DNA of 64,000 bases, taken from assembly GCA_041665025.1 (NCBI GenBank), contig JBAYJP010000002.1, forward strand, positions 64,691 to 128,690. Reading direction: 5' to 3'. Below, piece by piece: positions 1 through 9,725 of the stretch. The notes beneath the pieces were generated by a model. It was not told the origin of the DNA. It did not search any database and worked only from the letters and a program-made list of their open reading frames with translations. The position numbers were made by a program, and so were the translations under genes. This DNA comes from Candidatus Magasanikiibacteriota bacterium. GTDB lineage: Bacteria; Patescibacteriota; Patescibacteriia; Magasanikbacterales; UBA922. How positions within the stretch are numbered: position 1 is the stretch's first letter; the number at the start of each line of letters is the position of its first letter.

Positions 1-39
1 GTGAATTTAAAAAGACTGGGACAAATGGTTAATAGAAAA

Positions 40-70
40 AACCAAACCCGCCTAAAGCGGGTTTTTTGAT
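40..70 (+). terminator. rho-independent terminator hairpin
   Basis: 'AAACCCGCctaaaGCGGGTTTTTT' stem-loop plus T-tract at the window start, before the first ACGTG-repeat array. Confidence 0.5.
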
Positions 71-77
71 ACTCCAA

Positions 78-171
78 AACGTGATACAATACACCACATA
101 ACATGACACACGTATCACGTAACAATTGATAAATGATACGTGTTATGTGATATGTGTTACGTGCTACGTGA
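78..171. repeat. ACGTG-family heptamer palindrome array (R1)
   Basis: Left arm 'cacgtatcacgtaaca' and right arm 'gatacgtgttatgtgatatgtgttacgtgctacgtg' are imperfect inverted copies built from G[ATC]TA[CT]GT heptamers around 'aattgataaatg'. Confidence 0.8.
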
Positions 172-173
172 TT

Positions 174-965
174 ATGAAATACACCCAACTCTTCAAAACA
201 TTCCTTCAACGCCATCTCGCATATAGAGCCAGAGTAACTATCTGGGCTTTTGTTGATTTGATAAATTTCCTTATTTTTCCCTTTTTGTGGTTGTCTATTT
301 ACGGAGACCGAATGAGTATTGCCGGTTATTCACGCGCTGATATTGTTACCTACTATATTGTTATCATGTTTATTAGTCTCGGATTTAGTTCGCATATTTT
401 AAAACAAATAAGAACCGACATTTTGAATGGCGAAATCAATGGCTTGTTACTAAAGCCAATATCCTATCTATATTATCGTTTTATTCACGAGTTAAGTTAT
501 AAATGCATTGTATTATTAGTCGCAGTACTCTTTTTTATAGGTGCGGATATCCTGGCACCTTCATATATTGAATTCCCGCATTCGTGGCTTTATATTTTAT
601 CATTTTTTCTATCCCTTGCATGTTCATACGTACTTTCACACGCCACACAAATGATTGTGGGTCTATCCTCGTTTTGGCTTGGCGAGAATTTTGGACCTGA
701 TCGATTGCGTCATATTTTGGAAAAAATTTTTTCTGGCGAGCTGGCTCCGTTGATATTTCTTCCCGGAATCCTTCAGACTGTCGCCGTATATTTACCATTC
801 AAATATCTTTCCTATTTCCCCTCACAACTATATTTGGAACAAATAACACTCCCTGATGCCCTCAACAATTTTTTCGTGCTTGGAATTTGGATAATAGTGA
901 GTTGGTCTATTGTATGGATTATGTGGAAACGAGGGCTAAAGAGGTATGAAGGAGTAGGAATATGA
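174..965 (+). CDS. ABC-2 family transporter permease, type A (module 1)
   Basis: ~263 aa polytopic membrane protein. Paralogous to 1828..2619 and 3475..4266 (all end in K[RK]G[LV][KR]..EG[VI]G). Start moved to MKYTQLF because ORF-track residues MINDTCYVICVTCYVI are translation of the repeat. 4-nt overlap with next gene. Confidence 0.7.
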   Translation: MKYTQLFKTFLQRHLAYRARVTIWAFVDLINFLIFPFLWLSIYGDRMSIAGYSRADIVTYYIVIMFISLGFSSHILKQIRTDILNGEINGLLLKPISYLYYRFIHELSYKCIVLLVAVLFFIGADILAPSYIEFPHSWLYILSFFLSLACSYVLSHATQMIVGLSSFWLGENFGPDRLRHILEKIFSGELAPLIFLPGILQTVAVYLPFKYLSYFPSQLYLEQITLPDALNNFFVLGIWIIVSWSIVWIMWKRGLKRYEGVGI

Positions 966-1750
966 AAAAATATTTCCGCATCTACAAAGTATTTGTTGAA
1001 AACGGCATTTCGTTTCTGGTCCAGTACCGCCACGATACGCTATTCAACCTATTCATGCATCTCGTATGGATGGGTATGATGTTTTTGATTGTCGAAATTT
1101 TATTTGGTCAGACAAACGCTATAGCAGGATGGTCAAAACAAGAAGTGTATATGCTCACGCTCATATGGACTTTGATAGGAGAAACATATATTACTTTTTT
1201 TGGAGGCAATTTACCTGAAATCCCCGATACAATCACCGATGGAAAACTGGATAATCTCATAACCAAGCCCGTGAATACATTATTTTTGGTAAGCACAAAA
1301 TTTTTTCTTGTACGAGCAACATATCGCGTATGCACAGAATTAATATTAATTGGCTGGTTGGTATGGCAATTTGATTTTGCTCATTCTCTCTCCGCTATTC
1401 TATCTTGTATTCTTCTTACTCTGTGCGGAGTTATGATATATTATGCGTCATTTTTGATAGCAAATACATTCAGTTTCTGGCTATTACGTATAGACAATAT
1501 CAATGACGCGGTAGATACAATAAGCACATTTGGCCGCTACCCCGTAAGTGTATTTCCTCTTACTATCCGAGCGTCCATATTCGTCTTTGCTCCGATCGTC
1601 TTTGCATCCTATGCTCCGGTTGCTGTTCTCACAGGCAAATGGCCATTGTACACGTCGTTGTTTATTATTGCCTTTACGATTATACTATGCGTTATTGCCG
1701 TTAAATTCTGGAATTTCGCGATTAAGAGGTATACGAGTGCGTCCAGCTAG
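962..1750 (+). CDS. ABC-2 family transporter permease, type B (module 1)
   Basis: 262 aa membrane protein. Paralogous to 2621..3412 and 4268..5056 (all end in [KR].Y[TS]SASS). Translationally coupled to the type-A gene. Confidence 0.7.
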   Translation: MKKYFRIYKVFVENGISFLVQYRHDTLFNLFMHLVWMGMMFLIVEILFGQTNAIAGWSKQEVYMLTLIWTLIGETYITFFGGNLPEIPDTITDGKLDNLITKPVNTLFLVSTKFFLVRATYRVCTELILIGWLVWQFDFAHSLSAILSCILLTLCGVMIYYASFLIANTFSFWLLRIDNINDAVDTISTFGRYPVSVFPLTIRASIFVFAPIVFASYAPVAVLTGKWPLYTSLFIIAFTIILCVIAVKFWNFAIKRYTSASS

Positions 1751-1823
1751 ACACGTAACAGGTATCACATAGCACCTAACAAATAAACTTCTTGTTATGT
1801 GTTACGTGTTATTTGATACGTGA
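1751..1823. repeat. ACGTG-family heptamer palindrome (R2)
   Basis: 'acacgtaacaggtatcacatagcacc...gttatgtgttacgtgttatttgatacgtg' with inverted arms, between permease modules 1 and 2. Confidence 0.8.
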
Positions 1824-1827
1824 ATAT

Positions 1828-2619
1828 ATGGGTAAATACCTTGCTGAATTCAAGTTCAATATACAAGCATCATTCGCTTATCGCGGTGTAATAATATTAT
1901 GGATCATAGTAACGTTTCTTCAGGTTGCGGTGCTTCCATTTGTCTGGCTTTCCGTATATGGAACTCAAGATAGTATCGTAGGTTTTAGCAAAAGCATGAT
2001 GATAACCTACTTTGTCCTCATACCATGTATAGACGTGCTCGTGCAAAGTTGGGCTGACTTTGAGATAAAAGATGATATAAAAGAAGGCAGATTGAATACC
2101 TTCCTTATTAAACCTATCAATTACTTGCTTCGCGTGTTCTGGGTGGAAAATGGATGGAAAGTCTCACGCCCATTTATTGTCATATTGATTGTGCTGCTTC
2201 TATATCCCTTTATACACACGTATTTTCAACTCTCATTGCACGCACGCCTCGTGTGGATCTTACCGGCAATCATTGCGTCGAGATTCCTCAATTTTCTTAT
2301 TTCAAGCATTATTGGCATGGCAGCTTTCTGGACAGTACGAAGCAATTGGGCTTTACAAATCTGGTGGGCACTGCAAACATTAGCTGCAGGATATGTCGCC
2401 CCGCTTAGTTTTTATCCGCCAAATATCCAAAAAATTATTTCATATACTCCCTTCCCCATGTTGCTTCAAACGCCTATCAATATTATTCTTGATAACATTT
2501 CAACAGAACAAATTGTGAGACAACTATTATTAGCTTCTCTATGGATTATCATACTATTAATAATATCAAATTTTCTATGGAAAAAAGGGGTAAGAAAAAC
2601 AGAAGGTATAGGTATGTAA
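1828..2619 (+). CDS. ABC-2 family transporter permease, type A (module 2)
   Basis: Paralog of 174..965. Start set at MGKYLAEFK (parallels MGKYSTTFK of module 3). ORF-track prefix MLCVTCYLIREY derives from the repeat. Confidence 0.7.
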   Translation: MGKYLAEFKFNIQASFAYRGVIILWIIVTFLQVAVLPFVWLSVYGTQDSIVGFSKSMMITYFVLIPCIDVLVQSWADFEIKDDIKEGRLNTFLIKPINYLLRVFWVENGWKVSRPFIVILIVLLLYPFIHTYFQLSLHARLVWILPAIIASRFLNFLISSIIGMAAFWTVRSNWALQIWWALQTLAAGYVAPLSFYPPNIQKIISYTPFPMLLQTPINIILDNISTEQIVRQLLLASLWIIILLIISNFLWKKGVRKTEGIGM

Positions 2620-2620
2620 T

Positions 2621-3412
2621 ATGAAAAACAAATACCTCAAAATTCTCTCACGCACGTTCTCAAACAGTATTTCAGAATTTTTTATGTATCGCGCGGATTT
2701 TTTCTTTCGAATCTTTATGGGATTGCTGTGGAGTACCACGAGCCTTGTCATTGTTGAACTTATTTTCTACCATACCCCGAGCCTGGACGGTTGGTCTCAA
2801 TCAGATATTTTACTTCTGTATATAACGCTCAATCTTGCATTTGTAGTACAGGATGTATTGACAAACTCAATATTTGAACTGAGTAGCCATATTGCCGAAG
2901 GAAGGTTTGATTTTATCATTATTAAACCAATAGATTCACAGTTCTTTGCAATGTTCAATAGGCCAGATCCCGGAGCGTTACTCTTTTTTTTCACATACAA
3001 TATTCCACTCATATATGGACTCTACCTACACTCTGACTCACCCATACATTGGTTATATTTTCCTTTATATATACTGCTGATTTTGGCTTCAAATATATTG
3101 TGGATGCTCATGCGTACTATTATCATGACATTAAATTTCTGGTGGCAGAGGCTTGATAATATTGGCCAAATTTTAAATTCCATGCAAGAAATAGGCAGAT
3201 ATCCCATATCAATTTACCCTCGACCGCTAAAAATTATTTTCTACACCATATTCCCTATCGCCTTCTCAGGTGTTGTACCCGCGGAGGTCTTGCGTGGAAA
3301 TATATCATGGGTCTCTCTAATTGGAATGTTTATTGTGCTCTGTATCCTATCTCTATTTTCCCGTTTTCTTTGGAAAAAAGCTATTAGAAATTATACGAGT
3401 GCGTCCAGCTAG
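2621..3412 (+). CDS. ABC-2 family transporter permease, type B (module 2)
   Basis: 263 aa. Shares QxLxxxxxIGRYPxSIYP and C-terminal NYTSASS with the other type-B paralogs. Confidence 0.7.
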   Translation: MKNKYLKILSRTFSNSISEFFMYRADFFFRIFMGLLWSTTSLVIVELIFYHTPSLDGWSQSDILLLYITLNLAFVVQDVLTNSIFELSSHIAEGRFDFIIIKPIDSQFFAMFNRPDPGALLFFFTYNIPLIYGLYLHSDSPIHWLYFPLYILLILASNILWMLMRTIIMTLNFWWQRLDNIGQILNSMQEIGRYPISIYPRPLKIIFYTIFPIAFSGVVPAEVLRGNISWVSLIGMFIVLCILSLFSRFLWKKAIRNYTSASS

Positions 3413-3470
3413 ACACGTAACACATAACAAACGAACTTTTTGTTATGTGTTACGTGTTATTTGATACGTG
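3413..3470. repeat. ACGTG-family heptamer palindrome (R3)
   Basis: Near-perfect 19-bp hairpin 'acacgtaacacataacaaa / tttgttatgtgttacgtgt', followed by 'tatttgatacgtg'. Confidence 0.8.
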
Positions 3471-3474
3471 ATGT

Positions 3475-4266
3475 ATGGGTAAATATTCCACCACATTCAA
3501 AAATTCCCTATCCGTCTTTATACAGTACCGGTTGAATTTGGGTTTAATTTTAGTGAGTCAATTAGTAAGTCTCAGCGGCTTAGTTTTTTTGTGGCTCTCC
3601 ATATATTCATCGGGTCAACAGATGGGAAACTATGGACTGCAAGAGATTATTACCTACTATGTACTCGTCACGCTCATCGCAACGATTATTGGGGATGGCA
3701 TTGGGATGGCATTTGATGTTGTGGAAGATATAAACCGGGGAGAAATAATACACTACCTGCTTAAACCTTTTTCTTATGTAAAATATCGATTTTTAACGCT
3801 CGTCGGAGCTATTACTATCAATCTTATGTTTATGGCGCCTCTTATAATTATAGGTGGGTACCTCATGCGGCAGTCTTTTTCCTTTCCCAGTGCAAGCGGT
3901 TGGGTATATTTTTGTATTACCCTGTCTTTTGCAATATTATTTGAATTTCTCATTTTTATGCTAGCTTCACTATCTTCTTTTTGGGTAGTCCGAGGAAGCA
4001 GTTTTATATATGCCACGATACTAATCACTGGATTATTTGATGGATCCCTCATTCCACTCGACTTATTTCCTTACTGGGCATATCACATTACAAGCTATCT
4101 GCCATTTCAATTCATAATTTTTACACCCATCCAAGCTTTTCTGGAAAATATCTATAGCCCAGCAAAATTATTTTCTGTAGCAATGGTATGGATTATTATT
4201 CTGCTTTTACTATTACTATGGGTATGGAAAAGAGGCGTAAAAAAATTAGAAGGGGTAGGAAGATAA
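3475..4266 (+). CDS. ABC-2 family transporter permease, type A (module 3)
   Basis: 263 aa paralog. C-terminal KRGVKKLEGVGR. Confidence 0.7.
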   Translation: MGKYSTTFKNSLSVFIQYRLNLGLILVSQLVSLSGLVFLWLSIYSSGQQMGNYGLQEIITYYVLVTLIATIIGDGIGMAFDVVEDINRGEIIHYLLKPFSYVKYRFLTLVGAITINLMFMAPLIIIGGYLMRQSFSFPSASGWVYFCITLSFAILFEFLIFMLASLSSFWVVRGSSFIYATILITGLFDGSLIPLDLFPYWAYHITSYLPFQFIIFTPIQAFLENIYSPAKLFSVAMVWIIILLLLLLWVWKRGVKKLEGVGR

Positions 4267-4267
4267 T

Positions 4268-5056
4268 ATGTTAAAATATTTTCGATTATACAAAATATTT
4301 TTCAAAATCAATTTCATGAAAGACATGACATACCGGGGCAACTTCTTTTTTGGCTGTACCCTCACTATTTTTGAGTCTGTCATATCATTTTTAATAATAA
4401 CGATTATCTACAGCCACATACGGAGCATCTCTGGCTGGAGTTATGAGGATACACTAGTACTTACGGGTATAAACATGCTTTCAATTAGCTTTGGATGGCT
4501 TTTCTACAGAGGAGGTTTGAGTGACCTAGACAGAGTAGTCAATCGGGGTGACTTTGATTGGATGCTTGTAAAGCCAATAGATACACAATTTTTATCTACC
4601 GTTAATAGAATAGACATCGAGGATGGATCCCGTTCGTTAGTAGGATTTGCGATCATTGTTTATGGCATGACAGGAACAAAATTGTTCGATGTCTGGTATC
4701 TATTTCCTTTATGTATTATTACATTTTTATGTGGGCAAGTAGTGTTATACGCAGTTTTTTTAATTTTTAAAACCGTAACATTCAAATCTATACAAGGCTG
4801 GGCGACAAATGGCATTGCACATCGATTTCAACAACTCGCACAATACCCTACTGATATTTACAAAGGAATAGTGCGCGTCATATATACATACATGTTGCCT
4901 TTGATCTTTGTCGCAACAGTTCCTGCAAAAATACTTACCGGAAAATTTACGTGGCAACTATGTGCAGGTTCTCTCATTGCAGCAATACTCAGCTTTATCA
5001 TCTCACGAACAATCTGGAAATTTGCAGTGAAAAAATATAGTAGTGCATCATCTTAG
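4268..5056 (+). CDS. ABC-2 family transporter permease, type B (module 3)
   Basis: 262 aa paralog. C-terminal KKYSSASS. Confidence 0.7.
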   Translation: MLKYFRLYKIFFKINFMKDMTYRGNFFFGCTLTIFESVISFLIITIIYSHIRSISGWSYEDTLVLTGINMLSISFGWLFYRGGLSDLDRVVNRGDFDWMLVKPIDTQFLSTVNRIDIEDGSRSLVGFAIIVYGMTGTKLFDVWYLFPLCIITFLCGQVVLYAVFLIFKTVTFKSIQGWATNGIAHRFQQLAQYPTDIYKGIVRVIYTYMLPLIFVATVPAKILTGKFTWQLCAGSLIAAILSFIISRTIWKFAVKKYSSASS

Positions 5057-5136
5057 CACGTAGCACGTACCACATACCAAAACCGATTGATATGTGATAC
5101 GTGTTATGTGATACGTGTTATGTGCTATGTGTTATG
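5055..5136. repeat. ACGTG-family heptamer palindrome (R4)
   Basis: 'agcacgtagcacgtaccacatacc ... atatgtgatacgtgttatgtgatacgtgttatgtgctatgtgttatgg'. Confidence 0.8.
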
Positions 5137-5187
5137 GAAAATTTACTAAAAAACGCTAAAATGCTATAATTCACCTCGTCATAACTA

Positions 5188-6183
5188 ATGTATATGCCTA
5201 TTATCAGCGTAAACAACCTCTCCAAAACCTACGAGTACTACAAAAAGCAGGCGGGTTTATGGAATTCAGTGAAAAGTTTGTTTCATCGTGAAAAGCTCTT
5301 TACAGAAGCGGTGAAACAAGTTAACGTCACTATAGAGGAGGGAGAATTGGTTGGGTTCTTAGGCCCCAATGGTGCAGGAAAGACAACAACGCTCAAAATG
5401 CTCTCTGGCATTCTTTATCCAACATCAGGAGAAGCAACCGTGCTTGGATATACACCGTGGAAACGCCAAAAAGAATTTCAAAAGCAATTTGCCCTTGTCA
5501 TGGGACAAAAAAATCAGTTATGGTGGGATTTGCCAGCCATGGAAAGTTTTATTTTGAACAAAGAAATATACGAGGTGCCCGATGCTGAGTTCAAAGAAAC
5601 GCTCGATGAATTAACTGAACTGCTTGATATCAAAGACATCTTGGATGTCCAGGTACGCAAACTTTCACTGGGCCAACGGATGAAATGCGAACTGGTCACC
5701 GCGCTCCTCCACTCCCCAAAAGTATTATTTTTGGATGAGCCTACAATTGGACTCGATGTCGTTTCTCAAAACAATATCCGACAATTTTTGAAAAAATATA
5801 ACACGACCAAAAAAACAACGATTATCCTCACTTCCCACTACATGGAAGATGTGGAAGCACTGTGCAAGAGAGTTGTTATTATCAATCATGGACAGGTCAT
5901 GTATGATGGCGATCTACATGAATTGATTAATACCTATGTTGACCACAAAGTGCTCGAGGTAACATTTACTGAAGACGTGACGCGAAAGACATTTGAAAAA
6001 ATGGGGCGCATAAAAGAATACACGGAAAGGCGTATTGTCCTTGAAGTGCCAAAAGCTGAAGCAAAAAAAGTCGCGACCAAAATGCTTTCCAAATTGCCTA
6101 TTGATGATATACTTATCAATGAACCTAATATCGACGACGTGATACGCACCATCTTCCAACGCGAAAAACCACACAGCACATAG
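5188..6183 (+). CDS. ABC transporter ATP-binding protein (partner of the ABC-2 permeases)
   Basis: Walker A GPNGAGKTT, ABC signature LSLGQRMK, Walker B LFLDEPT, H-loop TSHYMED. Start could be the MPIIS ATG at 5194. Confidence 0.85.
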   Translation: MYMPIISVNNLSKTYEYYKKQAGLWNSVKSLFHREKLFTEAVKQVNVTIEEGELVGFLGPNGAGKTTTLKMLSGILYPTSGEATVLGYTPWKRQKEFQKQFALVMGQKNQLWWDLPAMESFILNKEIYEVPDAEFKETLDELTELLDIKDILDVQVRKLSLGQRMKCELVTALLHSPKVLFLDEPTIGLDVVSQNNIRQFLKKYNTTKKTTIILTSHYMEDVEALCKRVVIINHGQVMYDGDLHELINTYVDHKVLEVTFTEDVTRKTFEKMGRIKEYTERRIVLEVPKAEAKKVATKMLSKLPIDDILINEPNIDDVIRTIFQREKPHST

Positions 6184-6272
6184 CACATATCACGTAACAC
6201 ATAGCATATATCACATAACAAAACACCATGGTCCAATTGTCTGATGTGTGATATGTGTTACATGTTACGTGA
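6173..6272. repeat. ACGTG-family heptamer palindrome (R5)
   Basis: 'cacagcacatagcacatatcacgtaacacatagcatatatcacataaca ... gatgtgtgatatgtgttacatgttacgtg', closing the transporter block. Confidence 0.8.
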
Positions 6273-6336
6273 AAAAAAATAGACAAACCTCAATCATATT
6301 ATTATCTTACGCGTTACTCAATTAACCAACAACGCT

Positions 6337-7401
6337 ATGCCCCAAGAAACATCCATAAGCTTTACCAGGATGAAATCCATCTTCTTTTTTACGCTTATTA
6401 TCATACTCTCAATTACCATGCTGTATATTTTTCGTCCTTTTATATATCCCCTTTTTTGGGCGGCTGTTGTTGCAATAATGTTTTATCCTGCCTACTTAAA
6501 ATTAGTAAAACTTTTAAAACGTGAGGGTCTTGCTTCTATACTCACCGTTTTAACAGTTCTTCTCACTATTTTTATACCTCTCATCCTTATATTAATTTTA
6601 CTATTCAATGAATCACTCAAACTGTACAATGCGGTGACAGAAACCGGCATATTTACCGAGCCGGAAAAAGTTTCAACCTGGCTATCACAAACATTTTTGG
6701 CTCCTTATGTCGAATATATACGCAACCAATGGACGGAGTACGCTGCTTCTTTCGCACGGACGCTGAGTAATTTCCTATTTTTAGGTCTCAAAAGTCTTGC
6801 ATCAAATTCTTTTAGGTTTATCTTCATGTCGTTCATCATGTTTTACACATTATTCTATTTTCTCAAAGATGGAAAACGAATGCTTAGACGCCTTATGCAT
6901 CTTTCACCCCTTGGCGACACGTACGAAAATATGCTCTATGAAAAATTTACATCAACTGCTCGCGCAACATTAAAAAGCACACTCATTGTTGGAGGCATAC
7001 AAGGCACACTTGGTGGTTTAGTTTTTTGGATAACAGGGGTCGAAGGTGCATTTGTCTGGGGAGTCATAATGGTCGCTCTTTCTCTTATTCCAGCGATCGG
7101 TCCTTCAATAATCTGGCTTCCCACAGGAATTATTATGCTGGCTATTGGAAACATTTGGCAGGGGCTGACCATTCTTCTTTTTGGTATCTTGGTAATAAGT
7201 ACTATAGACAATTTCTTACGTCCTAAACTTGTTGGTAGAGACACACAGATGCACCCCCTCATCGTACTCCTTTCGACTTTGGGCGGCCTTGTACTGTTTG
7301 GTATTTCAGGATTTGTAATCGGACCTGTCATTGCTGCGCTCTACTTGTCGGTCATATCAATATATGACCACTATTACAGCAGCCAACTACAAAAAAATTA
7401 A
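6337..7401 (+). CDS. AI-2E family transporter (PerM/UPF0118-like permease)
   Basis: 354 aa, about 8 TM. Motif region 'GGIQGTLGGLVFWITGVEGAFVWGVIMVALSLIPAIGPSIIWLPTG...IDNFLRPKLVG' is typical of the AI-2E/UPF0118 family. Confidence 0.7.
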   Translation: MPQETSISFTRMKSIFFFTLIIILSITMLYIFRPFIYPLFWAAVVAIMFYPAYLKLVKLLKREGLASILTVLTVLLTIFIPLILILILLFNESLKLYNAVTETGIFTEPEKVSTWLSQTFLAPYVEYIRNQWTEYAASFARTLSNFLFLGLKSLASNSFRFIFMSFIMFYTLFYFLKDGKRMLRRLMHLSPLGDTYENMLYEKFTSTARATLKSTLIVGGIQGTLGGLVFWITGVEGAFVWGVIMVALSLIPAIGPSIIWLPTGIIMLAIGNIWQGLTILLFGILVISTIDNFLRPKLVGRDTQMHPLIVLLSTLGGLVLFGISGFVIGPVIAALYLSVISIYDHYYSSQLQKN

Positions 7402-7412
7402 GTACGTGCACA

Positions 7413-7450
7413 AAAAACCCTGTACCATTTGTGCAGGGTTTTTGTTTTTT
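7413..7450. terminator. bidirectional intrinsic terminator
   Basis: 'AAAAAACCCTGtaccatttgtgCAGGGTTTTTGTTTTTT' between convergent 6337..7401(+) and rpsA(-). Near-identical module to the terminator at 12821. Confidence 0.6.
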
Positions 7451-7464
7451 CAATTTTACACTAT

Positions 7465-8675
7465 CTAATTATTTTTCTCATCTTCTGGTTCTGTTTTTTC
7501 TTGCTGAGCTTCTGCCACGACTTCATCTTTCTTACTGTCTTCTTTTTTTTCGTCTTTTTTCTCTTCTTTCTTTTTTCCCGTTCCTTCGAGTCGCAGTCCA
7601 AGACGATGTTCAGCTGGTTCCATAGAAATTATTTCAAAATTTCTATTTTCACCGACTTTAAACTGGGACAAAACGATCTTTGGATCAGTTGTACGCTTGT
7701 CAGAAAGATCAGAAATGTGAGCCAAACCATGAATCTCGTCATCAAGCTTTACCATAAGTCCAAATGGCTCTACTTTGTGGATTTCACCTCCAATTATCTG
7801 GCCTACTTTGTATTTTTCTTTCACCTTTTTCCATGGATCATCGACAAGACGTTTGAGAGACAAATAAATTTTGGACTTATTGAGATCAATAATCTGAGCT
7901 TTTACTTTGTCTCCAACTTTCAAAATGTCTTTTGGATGTCCAATGCGTTGCCATACAATTTCTGAGATATGTACCAAGCCTTCTAAACCTTCTCCAAACT
8001 TGATAAACGCCCCAAATGGAGTAAGCGCACTCACCTGTCCTTCAATTACATCGCCTATTTTGTATGAATCAAGGATATTTTTTTGTTCTTCTTCCCACAC
8101 TTCTTTTTCAGAAAAAATAAGTTTTTCATCATCCATGTTTGCATCAAGCACTTTGACGCGGATGTTTTTCCCGACAAATTTGCGGAGGTGTTCCAAAATT
8201 CTATTTTTGTCTCCACCCTGAACACGAGGATAATTGTCTGGGTTGAGCTGAGACACCGGCATAAAACCCATAAGGGCATCTGCCGCAATCATAAGTCCAC
8301 CTTTGTTTGCCTGAACCACTTTTGCGGTGATTACGACACCGTCTTTGACATATTTTGCCATGCGATCCCAGACCAAACGATGGCCTGCAACGCGGAACGA
8401 AAGTTCCATTTCTCCATTTTCATTCTCGTCTTCGACAACAGTCGACTCGACCTCATCGCCGATTTTGATATCTGAAAATTCTTTTGATTCAGCATATAAT
8501 TCTGAACCACGGACAACACCGACGATAATCCCGCCAATGTCGACGCGTACTTCTCCTTTATCTATAGAAATGATTTTACCTTTGACCAAGTCGCCAACTT
8601 TTGGAATATTGGCAAAATAGTCTTTGAGCAAATCACCAAAATTTTGGTTTGCTGTCATAGTATATGCGTACATTT
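7465..8675 (-). CDS. rpsA: 30S ribosomal protein S1
   Basis: Multiple tandem S1 RNA-binding repeats plus a Lys/Glu-rich C-terminal tail. Start trimmed to MYAYTMTANQ; the longer ORF-track N-terminus has no S1 homology. Confidence 0.85.
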
Positions 8676-8976
8676 TTGTACGCCCTATGTTAACCCGAAA
8701 CATATTCGAGTCCCTTGGCATAAGCCGAGGAGTAATTAAAAAAGCCCGATAACTATACCAGCTGATTTCAAAAAAGTCAAGCATCGTGTACAAAATCGTA
8801 ATAAAAACAAAATTTTGCTTATTTAAGCGTTTTTTAAAACTATTTTTACTTAACTTTAGACACAACCTTCTGTTGCGAATTATATGTGAATCAGGTATAA
8901 TAATCACGTTCATAGTTCAAAAATCGTAAGCCAGGATTGTTTTGACTTTTGATTTTTGATTTTTAACTTTCAATAT

Positions 8977-9591
8977 ATGCATATTTCTTGGCTCGGCTCC
9001 ACTGCCATACGTATCCAGACGAAACCATTTGATAAGGATATTGTGATTGTTATTGATCCCTATCGCCCTGAACATGGCACATTCCCTCGCAGTCTTACTC
9101 CCGACATTGCGTTGTTTACGCATGGAGAAAAAGACAGTATTACACTGTCTGGCGAACCCTTTGTACTCTCTATGCCAGGGGAAGTAGACACCAAAGGCGT
9201 GCTCATTACCGCCGTAGAAGGGCATGAGCCCGGGCAGACGATGTTGCGCATAGATTCAGAGCAACTGTGTGTGGGGCATATCGGACTTATCAATAAGCCC
9301 CTAACCTCACGCCAACTTGAACTCTTTTCAAATATTGATATTTTATGTGTCCCAGTCGGGCAAGGAGAAGGATTTGATGCCGAAGCCGCAGTAAAGCTTA
9401 TCAATGAAATCGAACCGCGCATTGTCATCCCTATGGCTTTCAAATCTGACAATGACCCTCAAGCAAAACCAGTCGAACTGTTCCTCAAAGAAATAGGCGC
9501 ACAGCAAGTAACGCCTGAAACAAAAGCTATTGTTAAAAAGAAGGATTTGCCGGAAGAAGAAACCAAAGTCATAGTACTACAGAAAGAGTAA
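8977..9591 (+). CDS. MBL-fold (UPF0173-like) metal-dependent hydrolase homolog, degenerate
   Basis: N-terminus 'MHISWLGSTAIRIQ' resembles UPF0173/MBL proteins ('MKITWLGHS.FLIE'), but the canonical HxHxDH is replaced by 'FTHGEKDS'. ORF-track start is a TTG; first ATG at 8977. Confidence 0.4.
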   Translation: MHISWLGSTAIRIQTKPFDKDIVIVIDPYRPEHGTFPRSLTPDIALFTHGEKDSITLSGEPFVLSMPGEVDTKGVLITAVEGHEPGQTMLRIDSEQLCVGHIGLINKPLTSRQLELFSNIDILCVPVGQGEGFDAEAAVKLINEIEPRIVIPMAFKSDNDPQAKPVELFLKEIGAQQVTPETKAIVKKKDLPEEETKVIVLQKE

Positions 9592-9632
9592 TCATTAATA
9601 ATTTTATCAGATACAAAAGATCCAAATTAGTA

Positions 9633-9720
9633 TAACTCAAAAGTCAAAAATTAAATCTCAAAACTAGAACTTAAAACTAAAATCTTATTTTGACTTTTGA
9701 ACTTTGAGTTTTCAATTTTA
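9633..9720. repeat. 'TTTGAGTTTTGA' palindromic intergenic element (family 2)
   Basis: 'actcaaaagtcaaaaattaaatctcaaaactag...ttttgacttttgaactttgagttttcaatttt', inverted arms of CAAAACT/TTTGAGT-type heptamers. A partial copy lies at 8925..8962. Confidence 0.7.
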
Positions 9721-9725
9721 AACGT

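Noticed and set aside
126-173. N-terminal extensions such as MINDTCYVICVTCYVI, MLCVTCYLIREY, MLRDMCYVF and MFRIIRTIRLIRIIHFH in the ORF track
   Set aside because: These residues are direct translation of ACGTG or TAATTAGAATAATT repeat elements. Paralog alignment (MKYTQLF / MGKYLAEF / MGKYSTTF) supports the downstream ATGs.
7429-7965. 178-aa plus-strand ORF with an FFFF/LLLL low-complexity sequence
   Set aside because: It is antisense to the well-supported rpsA gene (Lys/Glu-rich tail in the opposite frame); a translation artefact of the A/T-rich repeat.
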